Origin: Ylistrum balloti
Lineage: Eukaryota
DNA length: 64,000 bases
Reading direction: 5' to 3'
NCBI RefSeq assembly: GCF_031769215.1
Contig: NW_026782628.1
Location: forward strand, 124,001-188,000
The notes beneath the pieces were generated by a model. That model was not told where the DNA came from. It did not search any database and saw only the letters and a list, made by a program, of their open reading frames with translations. The translations under genes were made by a program, and so were the position numbers. This document shows positions 12,769 through 24,720 of this stretch, piece after piece; the stretch's first letter is position 1; each line of letters opens with the position of its first letter.

Positions 12769-13893
12769 TCATAATTTTTGTTTATGTCCCAAGTAATATA
12801 CGTCATTTCCAAATAAATAGTGTGTAATGGAAGAAATCAAATTTAGTCTATCACAATGTAAAGGCACGGCCGGGCGTTTCAAAACCCGCACGCGACTACA
12901 GTCGTCATATATCACGCGATATGGACAACAATCAGTTTGGCCCCATAAGGCATAGTTAAAAGGGGGGCCAGTTTTCCAGATCAGTTCGCGATTGAAATCC
13001 CAGTTACCGTTTTTGAACCCTTCGAAATTTCCGTTATTATTAGTTTGATGGATGGCGGAAATGACTGAAGATGCGTCAATCGTCACGAATCCTCTAAAAC
13101 GGGCATACGCAATTATCCAGTTATCATACCCAACACGGCCGATAACCAACTGCGGAACGTCCCTCCAAGGAAAGACATTGTTTGTTATAAAATAATCGAT
13201 CGCATCCTTCTGGAACTTTGTATATATTGTGTAGGACTTTTGTAGTATCGTTTTCCAAGCTTCTACTCCGTGGCTGTTTATTCTTGAAATGTTGATATTT
13301 GTTCGTTGTCCAACTATTAATACTGGCTTGTTATGTAAATGACTCGATTTCAGAAATACTTCAATACCTGATAAGATTTCGCTGAGATACCTGTCAAACA
13401 GTATGTCTGCATTGGCATACATATAGAAGTAGGACTTTGATCGCTGTTGCGACTCCAGGAAAAGTGTTCTTAAAGCAGGTACTTCCGTCACTGATTCTGT
13501 CGTTACGTTTTCAACCGACCAATCAGAGCTGACTCCAGCTGACACTACCCTTTGGTCGTCTGTAAATAGAATTAATTTCGGGGACTTATAAATATGCTTC
13601 CAGTTCTGTAACGTATTCAAATTGATATCGAACTTGCTTTTTACGAATGGAAAACTCGTGAACATTGTTAAACTGGTGCGATTATCACTTCCACTTCCGG
13701 TTGCACTTCCGGTTGAACAGTTAATGGGGGTTTTGGATGTGAATTTTGGCGGAAGGTTGTACATAGATGTACTCACATGCCGTTCTGTTCCCGGTATAAA
13801 GTAGATGTTTCCAACCACTATAAAAAGTAAAAACACTGAAAAAACACTCGAATGTAAAAAGTTACAGCCGAGTAATTTACCACATCTCTTCAT
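12769..13893 (-). CDS. Type II membrane GT-A-fold glycosyltransferase-like protein, 374 aa, single coding exon
   Basis: Uninterrupted non-repetitive ORF starting at ataATGA. N-terminal anchor (VFSVFLLFIVVGNIYFI), Ser/Thr/Gly stem, then YMYANADILF (DxD-like), LIVGQRTN, AIDYF, LVIGRVGYDNW and IDASSVISAIHQ motifs typical of a nucleotide-sugar transferase family. Confidence 0.85.
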   Translation of the reverse strand: MKRCGKLLGCNFLHSSVFSVFLLFIVVGNIYFIPGTERHVSTSMYNLPPKFTSKTPINCSTGSATGSGSDNRTSLTMFTSFPFVKSKFDINLNTLQNWKHIYKSPKLILFTDDQRVVSAGVSSDWSVENVTTESVTEVPALRTLFLESQQRSKSYFYMYANADILFDRYLSEILSGIEVFLKSSHLHNKPVLIVGQRTNINISRINSHGVEAWKTILQKSYTIYTKFQKDAIDYFITNNVFPWRDVPQLVIGRVGYDNWIIAYARFRGFVTIDASSVISAIHQTNNNGNFEGFKNGNWDFNRELIWKTGPPFNYALWGQTDCCPYRVIYDDCSRVRVLKRPAVPLHCDRLNLISSITHYLFGNDVYYLGHKQKL

Positions 13894-14230
13894 TATCCTT
13901 GTATAACATAGATCAAACTATTCACAAAACATGGGGGGGCACGTCTTTCAGCTACACATTTCTGACAACATTTCTATAAATACAGCAACATTTTTGTGTT
14001 GTTGTTAAACAATATACACAGATAAAAATTACGTCGCCCACTGTAGTTTACCACTGTACATATAGCCGCTCACATTTCCATAGACACACTGCATAATTCA
14101 AACGCTTTGGTCCTCGCGAACACCATGTTGGAAACAAATGCACTTGAAATGAATTTGACGATTTCGCGAGGTATGAGATTGTCTTTAGACCACTCGTGCT
14201 GATAACGGCGTACACAATATCTCTGGGATC

Positions 14231-14374
14231 CTGCAATTGAAAAAAAATGAATGAACAAGATATCTTTTCGAAATAAATTGCGTATGATGCTTGGTTCAAT
14301 ATGGAATACCGGGTGTTTTCCTTTAAGATTGGTGTTAAGTATTATCAATCAAGTTGGAGTTGTAGTATACTTAC
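14231..14374 (-). other. Probable 5'-UTR intron of the glycosyltransferase gene (144 nt)
   Basis: GTAAGT donor at 14374 and tttttttcaattgcAG acceptor ending at 14231 on the minus strand, 337 nt upstream of the ATG. A further GTAAGT donor lies at 16220. Confidence 0.55.
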
Positions 14375-15404
14375 ACCTGAAATTGTAATTCCAAACGTTA
14401 CATTCATCTAAATAAGAATTGTACAAAACGCACAAGGATCATATGGACGACCGAGAGGGTCAAAATACTGACATTGCAATTCTGTTGTCTCCACTAAGAA
14501 GAGGTATGCCGTTGCAGTTCGAACACATTAAAATCATATTTTAGCAATGATATAAATGCGGCTTGTTATATTGCAGTTCCATATTTGACAATGTGGAACT
14601 TGTGCTTCAAAACTTGAAATGCGACATCCGTGACTCGAGATTTTCAAACTCACATTGTGCTAGTGTCGAATTTTGCTATTCTCATTGTGATAACACAATT
14701 AGCTGTTTTCCGAATACTTTTACCTGTTGGAATGAAGACTATTTCTCGAGGGAATCTAATGATCCACACAAATTAATACCTCTGCAAATCTATAATGTCG
14801 AAACCTCGCCTGGAAATCATGTTGAAGTCTGACTACTGATATTCTTCAATCGACGAAATCTGGAGGGATTTCAAATAATTTCTCTATTTAACCATTGGAC
14901 CCCTCACCTCGGTCACTAGGAGAGGGTGGGGAGAGGGGGTCAGACTTACTGTTTACACAAAATTGAGTGAACTTCACCAAAGGATGCTTCAGACCCAATT
15001 TCCTGCTAGTCCTACAGATGAAGGATTTTAAAGAATATGCTACATATCCTTTCTTCACCCCTGTATCTCAGTCCCCTGGAAGATCAGCCCTTCCATTATT
15101 ACCATTTTAAATCCCAACCACCTACCAGTCCAATATTCCCCCTTTTGGCCTCGCATCTCAGCCCTGTGCTACAAGGTGAAATAGGGAGATATATGCAATA
15201 TTATTTGTCTTTGCCTCGAACTCGGTGGACGTTTGAATCCAGATCACACGTGCTTGAAATCAATTGTACGTGTATCTATTTCTGTGACTCATGGACAAGG
15301 GAAGCATCTGGAGATTATCAATGGGTACACACAGTGTGTCGCTCAGTAAGAAAAGACATCAATGGATTCATTGTAGTCTTACTCAATCAAATAAGATATG
15401 AGAT

Positions 15405-15620
15405 GGCTCAATCGTTAGACAAGTGAAGATAACGGGGCTGTGGTTTCATTCCCCTCTCGGGGCGAATGACGGACCGCCCTAGTCTGTTATGGTCGTGTCT
15501 TCCGGACACATTACCCATACTCTGGATAACGTGATGCTGACCGCTCGCATGTTGTCTTTTTAGGTGCTGTAAGGCAATGCCGCCTTAAAATGAACCCAGC
15601 TGTTAATGGACCAATAAACT
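15405..15620 (+). mobile_element. Degenerate tRNA-derived SINE
   Basis: A-box-like ggctcaatcg, B-box-like ggtttcattccc, and a downstream aacccagctgttaatgg body motif. Confidence 0.35.
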
Positions 15621-16747
15621 ACTCGCGCTGTACAATATGAACAAACTCGTCTAGTGATATTTATGTATTACATAAAGAATGTTAAAATGTTTGTATGTTT
15701 AAAAGGAAATATATTACACTTATCAGTCACCGAGAGCGAAATGTCACAGGTAATAAAAAGAACCATTAAAGTTCCTTTCATAATCCAGAAGCAAATTTGC
15801 ATCTCTTGATATAACAGACAGAATCAATACCAGCTGTTGTTAATTATCACACCGTCATCGACGACATCACGTTACATTGTGTAATAGACCCTCAAGGCTG
15901 TGTATACTACCTGACTGACGTGTTAACAGAGAAACATACAGTTTCTATGGTGATCTATGTCGTGTTTGAAGTGATGTTAGCGTCCCCTCAGAAGCAACAA
16001 TTGTCTTCTGTTTTTTTATATAAAATATCAGATGAAAATGTTTTGGGTTAGCGTGTACATTAACCTATTACCTTCTTGTGTTTTAAACTTTCTTTTCATC
16101 TTACGATCATATCTTTTAAAAGTCGCTTATTTTCGACTTAAATACTTCTCTTTTTTTCAGGAGTACATAAAAATGGAAGATCTCTAGAGCTTTCCTGTAT
16201 CCTCTGTACAAAAAACTTACAATGGTCGTCGAACCGTGGTTTGTCATTCATAACATTATGACAGCAGTAGAGTTGCAAGAAATTAGCCTTGCCACCAAAA
16301 GGGGAAAAAATCAAAGCACGGAAGACACATTATCAACACACTGGTTAACATTACTATATTTATTTTCTAGTGATGTTATTATTTCAATCAGATCAGCTTG
16401 CTTGGAGTTTAGAACATCTCGCATAATTATCTGCCTGATCATTATTCCACGTGTACACTGTAACTTTTTTAAAAAAATATATTCACATTGAACCGCAAAA
16501 TCAATAGCAGCATCGCTAGGCCATGTATAAAATTCAGACTTCGTTGTGTAAACAAGATCAAAACATAGTTTCTCGACAAGAATGTAGTCGATGAATCCGA
16601 ACTTAAATAGTTTTAAAAAATGTTAGACGACCAATAATATCATCTATTTTCTGCCGTTGCACGGGAACCGCTCGCTTCACATAATCCAATTCATCTTCTA
16701 CCAAGATTGTTTACAGCCGTATCCTCTGACCGCCTTTTTTTACATAG

Positions 16748-16755
16748 TGACGTCA
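16748..16755. promoter_or_regulatory. Perfect CRE-like palindrome TGACGTCA upstream of the glycosyltransferase gene
   Basis: Exact 8-mer, about 530 nt upstream (minus-strand sense) of the candidate donor at 16220. Function is unproven. Confidence 0.2.
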
Positions 16756-17830
16756 GCATAGTAATAATCAAAGTACTGGAAGTACTGAAAGGCTAAACGT
16801 ATTGAAAAATGTTCACAGATAACCGCAAAGCTATATTAATTTCCCTTACTCCTACACTTTGGAATGCAAAAATTACTAAAATAAGAGAACCAGAGGCTAT
16901 TTTTCTTAATTTTAAGCAATTTTATATCTTCTTTAATTCTTATTTCAAATTTGACGATAATAATGTGAACAAATCAAAATAGGTAAAAAAAACAACAAAA
17001 TACACACAACCATATATCTATCGCCAACAAGCCAAAAGATAAATAGCTCTATGATGAAGTTGACTAAATAAAACCTTTGAAATACCCAAGATGTTGCAAT
17101 TACCATCCTATCAATATGAGGATTTAGACAAATCGAATAGACTTTATACCTACTTCTTTATTTTGAATGTATTGCAAAGTAATAGTCCTTACTTATTGTA
17201 ATTATATTTGTAGTTGAGGAAAGTAGATAAGGCGTAAACAGCATTACAGATTGATTAAAGTGTAAGTAATAACATTAAATGTATTTACATGCCTATCTTC
17301 CTTGAAGTATCATGGTTAGACTTTTCTTCCTGTAATTATGTCTATAAAGACATAGTTCTTTGATATTAAACAAGACTTCCATATATATACAAAATTTACA
17401 ATATTTTCACTATAGCTACTACTATTTCTGATCTCAAATGCATTAGATAATGTCACCATGACACACTAAATGAATAAATATGTTATGGAAATATTTTGTT
17501 CTAGTTAATTGATAATAATAAACATGAATATTTTGGGTTTTTTTATACGCGCTTTGTTTGAAGGAATTTTTTTATTTAAACATATTTTATTTGTCAATCA
17601 ACAAAAAGGATTGGGCACAAGTTATCGCAACTTAAAAACGCCTTCTCCATAAGATTTCATTATACACAAATGGCATGACAACAATAACAATAACATTTAC
17701 AAAAGTATATATATATATATATGAGTATAGAAAATAAGTGAAGAAAGGAATGGGGGAGAAAGGAAGAAAAGGGAACGGTAGAGACTAAATGGAGTAAGAT
17801 ATGATATAATATACAAAATTGCTACTGATC

Positions 17831-20800
17831 TTAAAATCTTTTACTATTTTTTATGTATGTTTGAACGACAAGAAAAAAAATTTCATTATCTTCATCAGAC
17901 AGGTTTGGAGAACCAGAAAGAATAACATTAAGAGAAACATTACAGTAACGTGTGATACTGTCAAACATGATTTGTCGTTGTTGTGTATACAGCACACAAT
18001 CAACAAAATAATTTATTACATTTTCACACCTATTACCACATGCACATGTAGGATCACTTACAATATTAACTCTATACAAATCATATTTTAAAATACTACA
18101 AGAATGACGCAATCGTGTGTGTAAAATATTCAGTTTACGATTTCCAACATCAAAATATTTAGGTAACAAGTCATTTTCATTATACTGAATCAATGATTTA
18201 AAACTGTTTATGGATGGCTGTTCTCTAACACTGTTAGGTAATTCATTCCATAGTCTAATAGAAGACGGAATAAAAGACTGAAATGAACTAGACAGTCGGA
18301 AATTGGGAACAGTGTAATTTTCAATGTTTCTCACTTGATAGGTATTCCGTTCGTGTACTTTAGGAGGTAGAAGGTTAGTTAGATAAGAGGGTGTTCGTTT
18401 ATTGTGGATTTTATACATCAGTGAAAGTTTCTTAAGTTTTCTTCTATCAGACAGAGGTTTAAGTTGAGATTCATGATATAATGACTGTTTACTAGAAAAT
18501 GAGGGCAGGCCCGTTATGATTCTAGCTGCTTCCAACTGAACGTGTTCAAGTTTGGTGAGATCTGCTAAAGAACAACCATCCCAAACTTCACAGGCATACT
18601 CTAATACAGGTAAAATAAATACTTTGTATATTCTTAACAAAATTTTCTTGCTCAATAAAAACTTAAACTTCCGAAGTACTGATACCTTTTTCATACATGT
18701 TTTTTGAATTTCGGATATATGTAACGACCATTTTGCATCTGCACTAAATACCACGCCTAAATGTTTATGACTTTTAACACAATTTAGGGTTTCATTACCA
18801 AAAGTAAGTTGTAAGGGCAAAATATTTCTTGAATTTGATATTAATAAAACATCAGTTTTCTGTGGATTGAACTTGGTGAGCCAATCTCTAGACCATTTAT
18901 CAAGTTTTTCCAAATCTCTATTAACAGACCTTTCAATATCAGCATAAGACGATGAAGAATACATCAAAGAGGTATCATCAGCAAATAAGCGTGAAATACT
19001 ATTCAAATTATCAACAATATCATTTACATATATCAAAAATAATAGAGGACCTAAGACACTTCCTTGTGGAACACCAGCATTCGTATAACTTATTTTGGAA
19101 TATGCGTTTTTTACTAGAACCTGTTGTTGTCTGTTCGAAATGTAATTTTCTAACCACTGTAATAAACTACCTCTAATGCCATATCCATGTAATTTATGTG
19201 ATAAACCTTTATGCCAAACTGTGTCAAAGGCTTTCGATATATCGCAGAATATTAAAGTATGTTTTTTTTCTTCCAATGAACAACATATGCTATGATACAT
19301 TTCTATTAATTGGTGAACAGTTGAATGATGAGTCATAAAACCAGATTGTTTTTCATAAAATAACGAATGATCAATAAAGAAATTACAGATATATTTAAAA
19401 ACAACTCTTTCAAAGACTTTACCTATGCAAGACAACAAAGTAATTGGTCGATAACTCGACACCAAATGCCTATCGCCCTTTTTGAACAGAGGTAAAATAA
19501 TGCCTTTTTTCCACTTTTCCGGAAATATCTTATGATCAAGTGACATATTGAAAAGGATTGTTAATGGCTTGCATACGGAACTCGCTGTAAATTTTAGCAT
19601 GTGATGACTTATAGTATCATGACCAGATGCTTTTCCTAATTTCAGAATCTTCAGAATATCACATATTTCGTCACTTTCAACATTAATAGACTCGAGTACA
19701 GAAGCATTTCTGGAATCAAAGCGAGGCAAAGCATTGCCAATATCGTTAATTCTGGAGATAGAACTAAAATAATTATTAAGAATATTTGCTTTTTTATCAT
19801 CTTCATATTCAATATTTCCGTTATCAGGATTAACTGGTGGTGGAATAACCTCTTGAGAACCAGAATGTTTTAATAATTTGCGAACTAGTCTCCAATACAA
19901 CTTAGGATCACTGGTATTCAGATTATCTATAATGTCACCAACACTATTATAAAACATTTCTTTGGCATATTTTTTCATGTTATTGACCACATTTCTTTGT
20001 CTTTTAAATTTCTCTAAGTTTGAAATGGACTTAACATGTTTGACGGCATTATGTAGACGGTCTCGTAACTGAATAGCTTTTCTTAATTCCGAATTCATCC
20101 ATAATTTATCATCAGGCCTTATATGAACTATTCTCTTAGGTATACATTCTTTAGCAAACGTCAAAAACTGCCCGGTAAATTCAACACATGCTTCATTAAC
20201 AGATATAAAACTTTGAAAGAAAACAGCCCAATCAAAAGTATCTATCAAATAATTTAATTTATTAAAATCAGCATGTTTATAGGCCCAAACTTCTCGACTG
20301 TATGTACAAGAGAGATTCACAGGTATAGACAAAAATACAACACATCCATCATGATCGCTAATATTACGGTCAATTGGAATAACATATGAATCTGTACATT
20401 TATCAGGATCGGTTAATAAGATTGGATCAAGTAAACTATTTCTGGTTGTACCTCTCCTAGTCGGCTCATCAATAACATTTGTTAAGTCCATTTCCAACAT
20501 AATTTGATGTAAAATTTGATTTGTAGATAGTGTTAGCATATCTACATTTATATCGCCAACAATAACAACATTTGAAGTAATATCTAATGCCTTTTCAACA
20601 GAATACTTAAAATTTTCCCAAAAAGGATGACGTGAATTTTCTGGTCTATAAACTATACATATTAATAAAGTAGTATTGCCTAAATCAATCTGTATCCAAA
20701 TCACTTCCCCGTCCAGAAATTCCAGATCATTCCTCCGGACACATTTTAAAGAATTAGAACAATATACTAAGATACCACCGCCAGAGAAATTTCTGTCTTT

Positions 20801-20977
20801 TCTAAACGGTTCGGCAAAACCAGGTAGAATTAACTCAGTAGTAGGTACATTCATATCCAAATGTGTTTCAGTCATACATAAAATATTAAATTCATTTGTA
20901 AGGTTTTCAATATATTCTATTTTATTTCTTACACTTCTTACATTTAAATGGAAAATAGATAATTCATTTACTGACAA
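17831..20977 (-). CDS. LINE ORF2: APE endonuclease plus reverse transcriptase, 1048 codons, no internal stop
   Basis: HLNVRS, MTETHL, VYRP, VGDIN and SDHD endonuclease motifs. YRPITLL, FCDISKAFD, GVPQGSVLGPLLF and LFADD RT motifs. C-terminal Cys cluster CACG...C. Confidence 0.97.
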   Translation of the reverse strand: MSVNELSIFHLNVRSVRNKIEYIENLTNEFNILCMTETHLDMNVPTTELILPGFAEPFRKDRNFSGGGILVYCSNSLKCVRRNDLEFLDGEVIWIQIDLGNTTLLICIVYRPENSRHPFWENFKYSVEKALDITSNVVIVGDINVDMLTLSTNQILHQIMLEMDLTNVIDEPTRRGTTRNSLLDPILLTDPDKCTDSYVIPIDRNISDHDGCVVFLSIPVNLSCTYSREVWAYKHADFNKLNYLIDTFDWAVFFQSFISVNEACVEFTGQFLTFAKECIPKRIVHIRPDDKLWMNSELRKAIQLRDRLHNAVKHVKSISNLEKFKRQRNVVNNMKKYAKEMFYNSVGDIIDNLNTSDPKLYWRLVRKLLKHSGSQEVIPPPVNPDNGNIEYEDDKKANILNNYFSSISRINDIGNALPRFDSRNASVLESINVESDEICDILKILKLGKASGHDTISHHMLKFTASSVCKPLTILFNMSLDHKIFPEKWKKGIILPLFKKGDRHLVSSYRPITLLSCIGKVFERVVFKYICNFFIDHSLFYEKQSGFMTHHSTVHQLIEMYHSICCSLEEKKHTLIFCDISKAFDTVWHKGLSHKLHGYGIRGSLLQWLENYISNRQQQVLVKNAYSKISYTNAGVPQGSVLGPLLFLIYVNDIVDNLNSISRLFADDTSLMYSSSSYADIERSVNRDLEKLDKWSRDWLTKFNPQKTDVLLISNSRNILPLQLTFGNETLNCVKSHKHLGVVFSADAKWSLHISEIQKTCMKKVSVLRKFKFLLSKKILLRIYKVFILPVLEYACEVWDGCSLADLTKLEHVQLEAARIITGLPSFSSKQSLYHESQLKPLSDRRKLKKLSLMYKIHNKRTPSYLTNLLPPKVHERNTYQVRNIENYTVPNFRLSSSFQSFIPSSIRLWNELPNSVREQPSINSFKSLIQYNENDLLPKYFDVGNRKLNILHTRLRHSCSILKYDLYRVNIVSDPTCACGNRCENVINYFVDCVLYTQQRQIMFDSITRYCNVSLNVILSGSPNLSDEDNEIFFLVVQTYIKNSKRF

Positions 20978-21168
20978 CCCGGATTAGTTTCCACATCCAT
21001 ATCCAATACAAGTAATAATAGCAAAATAAAACAAAAATTTATGTTTTGAAAGTGTGACTGTAAGCACATCAGCATGAGAGAACATACGCCTGCTTTAACA
21101 GCAGTTAATAAAAGGTTTGTAAACAGTGTATATTCATTGAAAAAATAGTCAGCATTTAACTGTATCAC
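20968..21168 (-). other. 2A-like (StopGo) leader peptide ending DVETNPG, out of frame with ORF2
   Basis: Hydrophobic FCFILLLLLVLDM followed by DVETNPG (20997-20977). The last base of the Gly codon is the first base of the ORF2 frame, and the expected Pro is missing. Confidence 0.8.
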
Positions 21169-21959
21169 ACAACGTACTTTAAAAAAAAAAACAGTCCTCC
21201 ATATGCTTTGTTATAAAAGCACCCGATTGAAATCCTGTGCGATATTGCTGACAAATCGCCGACTAACCGTTATCAAAAATAGCATATTGCACAGGATTTC
21301 TCCCGGAAGTACTCAATGTAAACGCATACATGTAACACCCATCGTAAAGAAGAATTTCTTTATTTATACGCATGACTGACTGCACGTGCCAGGTTGTCGA
21401 TATAAGGTCAAGGTAGCTAGGTAAATAGAGAGGGGGTCGAAAGAAGAAATAAAAGCAGAACAGTAGAATGAAAAATGAAAGAAAAAGTAAACATGGCTTC
21501 ATTATTTTTCTAATTTGGAAAACATGAAATGGGATTGGTTGTTATATACAATATGTTCATTAAATTGTGAATAATATATGTACGTAACATATACAGATGT
21601 ATGTCTCTGACTATCAATTTCGATGTGTTCAATAAATGTATATTAAAATAAACATGAACTATATCCAACTATATATAGATATGTTTATATACAAGAATAT
21701 GTACCAACCATAGTAGTACGGACTTATACACTATGTATATACATTATACATTATGTATATATATTATGGTATATATATGTAATATTAATTTTGCATACTG
21801 ATACGTATATTTGTATATATACATGTACATGAATACATAAATTATATATATGTATATATCATTAAAGTATTGATTTATTATTTACATATTTGTGAGGGTT
21901 TTTTCCCCCGGAAAGTCACTTTATGTAATGTTTGGCTGTGTAAACTATGACAGTCACTC

Positions 21960-22460
21960 AATGGCCTTCTGGTACAAGGTCGGATATGTCACTGAAGGTC
22001 TTGACAAGGACTTTGGGCGAATTCTGCTCTCGTTTAAAGAATACACGTCCGTCATTTGTCCAATATGAGTGAATGTTTTTTTTCTTTTCTGGCCTTGCCT
22101 AGACTTTTAATCAGAGCCTGACGATGTGTTGTTAAATCTTCCGATATAAAAATGCCCAGTCTGGAATCCTTCAGCTTACTTTTTGCCTGAAAAATTTGAT
22201 TTTTGAGCTTCCAGTTTCGCAAGCGACAAATAATCAGAGCTTTGCCATTCCTCACTTTGCCTATGATGTGTGACCTATTGATGTCGTCTGTAGAAATAGG
22301 AATACCAAGTTTCGAGACACATAGTTCTACTACTTTCTCGTCGGTCATTTGTGTCTCCTCTGGCTTCATCGGGACTCCGTGAAAACGTAGGGAGGTCCTC
22401 CTCCCATATTGCTCAAGCTCCTCCAGAGAGGACTCTAGATTATCAACCTTGGACTCTAAT
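21960..22460 (-). pseudogene. LINE ORF1 (coiled-coil plus RRM-type) fragment
   Basis: ESKVDNLESSLEELEQYGRRTSLRFHGVP...DINRSHIIG...IICRL...IFISEDLT, with a frameshift near the C-terminus. Confidence 0.8.
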
Positions 22461-23249
22461 TTGAAGGAATATTTTCATTTCAAGGAACTTTGATACACAT
22501 TAACAAACCTTGAAAAATCAGCACAATCAACCTTCATCAAATAAAACTAAAAGACAAAAAATATAAGTTATAACAAAGTCAATATCATGATCAGTACAGT
22601 ATTAAAAATATATCATTCATAAATCATGAGCACCAAATGTACCTTGCCTACGAAGCGCAAATTTTTTATCTTCAAAAATTTGAAAAAACGTCATGGCGGT
22701 GGGTGTGAAAAACCTGAACAAGTGTCATATCGGCGGGTGTGCGCGTGGGACGAACAGTCCAATTCGATGACTTTTAATGAGGTAAAGTGATGTTATATAT
22801 TAAGACGATCCTGCCACAACGACAAGGATTAAAACAAAATTGATGTTCTGTTTGTAAGTTTTGTTTGTTTATAAGTGTTGTAAGTTGATAATTCCAACCA
22901 AGCCCCCAGACTAGCTTTTTATCAACTCGCACGTGCAGTGCTCTGTACGCTTATGTCATTTCGAGAATACCGTAAAATACATTGTTCAAAATTTACCAAT
23001 AGTTCAACCACACTGTGCTTCTTTTTTGAAATATATAGTAATCGTATTGTTATTAAAAATATAAACTAATTTTGGATGCTTTTAAAATAGCGATTTCAAG
23101 ATCGCGGCATTATTTACGCAGAAAATTGCTGCTAGAGGGCTCTAACTCTTTTCGATATTTCAGCCAATGAGAAGGCCAGGATTGGTAAATTTTGTCTGAA
23201 AGGCCGTCGCAATAGGCTATGCGTACGGAGTACGTTTAGCCTAAAAATG

Positions 23250-24720
23250 TAAGGTAATCTATAGACAATTCCATCCGATAAAACGTCATCATCGACAAAG
23301 CAAGACCTATTTCCTATACGGCTGTTAAAGTCACCAGTAATCATAAAATTTCCTAAGATTGAGTATGTAGAAATATCATTCTCAAGGCAAGTGAATAAAT
23401 CTATATCATATACAGTAAAACTCACTTGTGTTGTTTCATTTACTCGTACGTATATCTGTTCATCGAAATAAAAGATGTTGTTAGTTTATAACATTGCAAA
23501 ATGATTTTTTTCATTTATAACTTATTCATTACTGTCACGACGTGCTATGAAACACGTATCCCGTAAACAACCGATGAAAATAGGGCCAATCTTCGGTGCA
23601 AAATGTCTCCGTTCATACGAACACGGTTATGTCGAACCACCGGATGAGTCGAATATTTCATTTGGTACCGATGACTTCGACTTATCCGTGTTTTACTGCA
23701 TATTGTAACAAACACTGTATCCAGGAAATATGAATACTAGACCTCTATACACAAATCTGTATATTTTTTATCCAAACTTAAGTGTTCCCACTATATCTGA
23801 AGTGTGACAAATAACTGGACAAATCATTCCTGTACAAGACAACCAAACCACCACCAGAACCATGGGAACGTGAAAAAGTCCTTCAGAGCTCGAAATCCGA
23901 CAGGAATGAAAGGTCAAATTCAGTCTCTGCTCTATTCCAGCATTCAGACAGGAGTATCAAATCATAGTTAATAATGCTGTTAGCGAAATCACATTGATGT
24001 ACTTTATTTTGTAAGTTTCTGTTTACGTTCCAGCTTATAACACGTAAAGACTGGCCAGCCTCCGCGCATCCCTATCGCCTTTCTGGACGTGTCGGGTAAT
24101 ACAAACTACCGTCTATAAATGATTTATCGTAAACTGCTTTACACTGGCACTTCCACTTCTGTGCTACAACACGGAAATGCTCTTCCTGCGTAATGTATAT
24201 GTTAGCAGGAAACTGCTAATTAATATTGACTCCGGTATCACTAAGTACCTTGAAACGTTTCCGGACATCTGCACCGTGTTTGTAGAAATTTAGCGACGAT
24301 CGGACGAGGCGAACCCCTACCAGATATGCGATGAACTGGTCAAATTTTACTTCACTCACATCCGCTGTCGACTTTTTCGACTTGTCCACTAGGAAGTTTG
24401 TTCCATCATACTGGTGTCCGGAATCCCTCCATATCAGTGGCGGTTAGATTATCCCGCATCGATTGTGCTTTGTATCAATAGATTCATCTTTCAACGAACG
24501 ACTTTCTGATTCTAATGTAGAAATTCTGTCGTCCAAACAACTAAAACAGATTTCCACATCGTCCGCTCTTTCTGATAAAAAGTCAACCATTTCCTTTGTT
24601 TTTTACACGTTCCGAAACTTCCGTTATCAGTGTTAAAAAATCAGCATCGAATTTCGACGGTTTGTTGTCTAATGAACAAACCCTTTTCTCAACCGAATTT
24701 TATTAACTCATACATCTGCA
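23250..24720 (-). mobile_element. Decayed 5' part (ORF1 plus endonuclease) of a second LINE
   Basis: ORF1 remnants DDRISTLESE...MRDNL...GIPD and HRISGRGSPRPIVAKF at about 24050-24600. Endonuclease remnant LENDISTYSILGNFMITGDFNSRIG at about 23290-23430. Confidence 0.7.

Larger units (their letters stand above)
17572..22460 (-). mobile_element. APE-RT non-LTR retrotransposon (CR1/L2 group): ORF1 remnant, 2A-like leader, ORF2, 3' UTR
   Basis: ORF1-like fragment at about 21960-22460, leader at 20968-21280 and ORF2 at 17831-20977 share orientation. The 3' end reads cttgtgcccaatcc...aataaaatatgtttaaataaaa. That the ORF1 fragment belongs to the same copy is inferred. Confidence 0.8.

Noticed and set aside
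14048-14348. Small minus-strand ORFs as an extra coding exon of the glycosyltransferase
   Set aside because: Frames after the 14230 acceptor stop before the main ATG and show no recognisable motifs. Better explained as 5' UTR.
17881-17900. Hammerhead ribozyme core (CTGATGA...GAAA on minus)
   Set aside because: It is the coding sequence for SDEDNEI in LINE ORF2, with no flanking stems.
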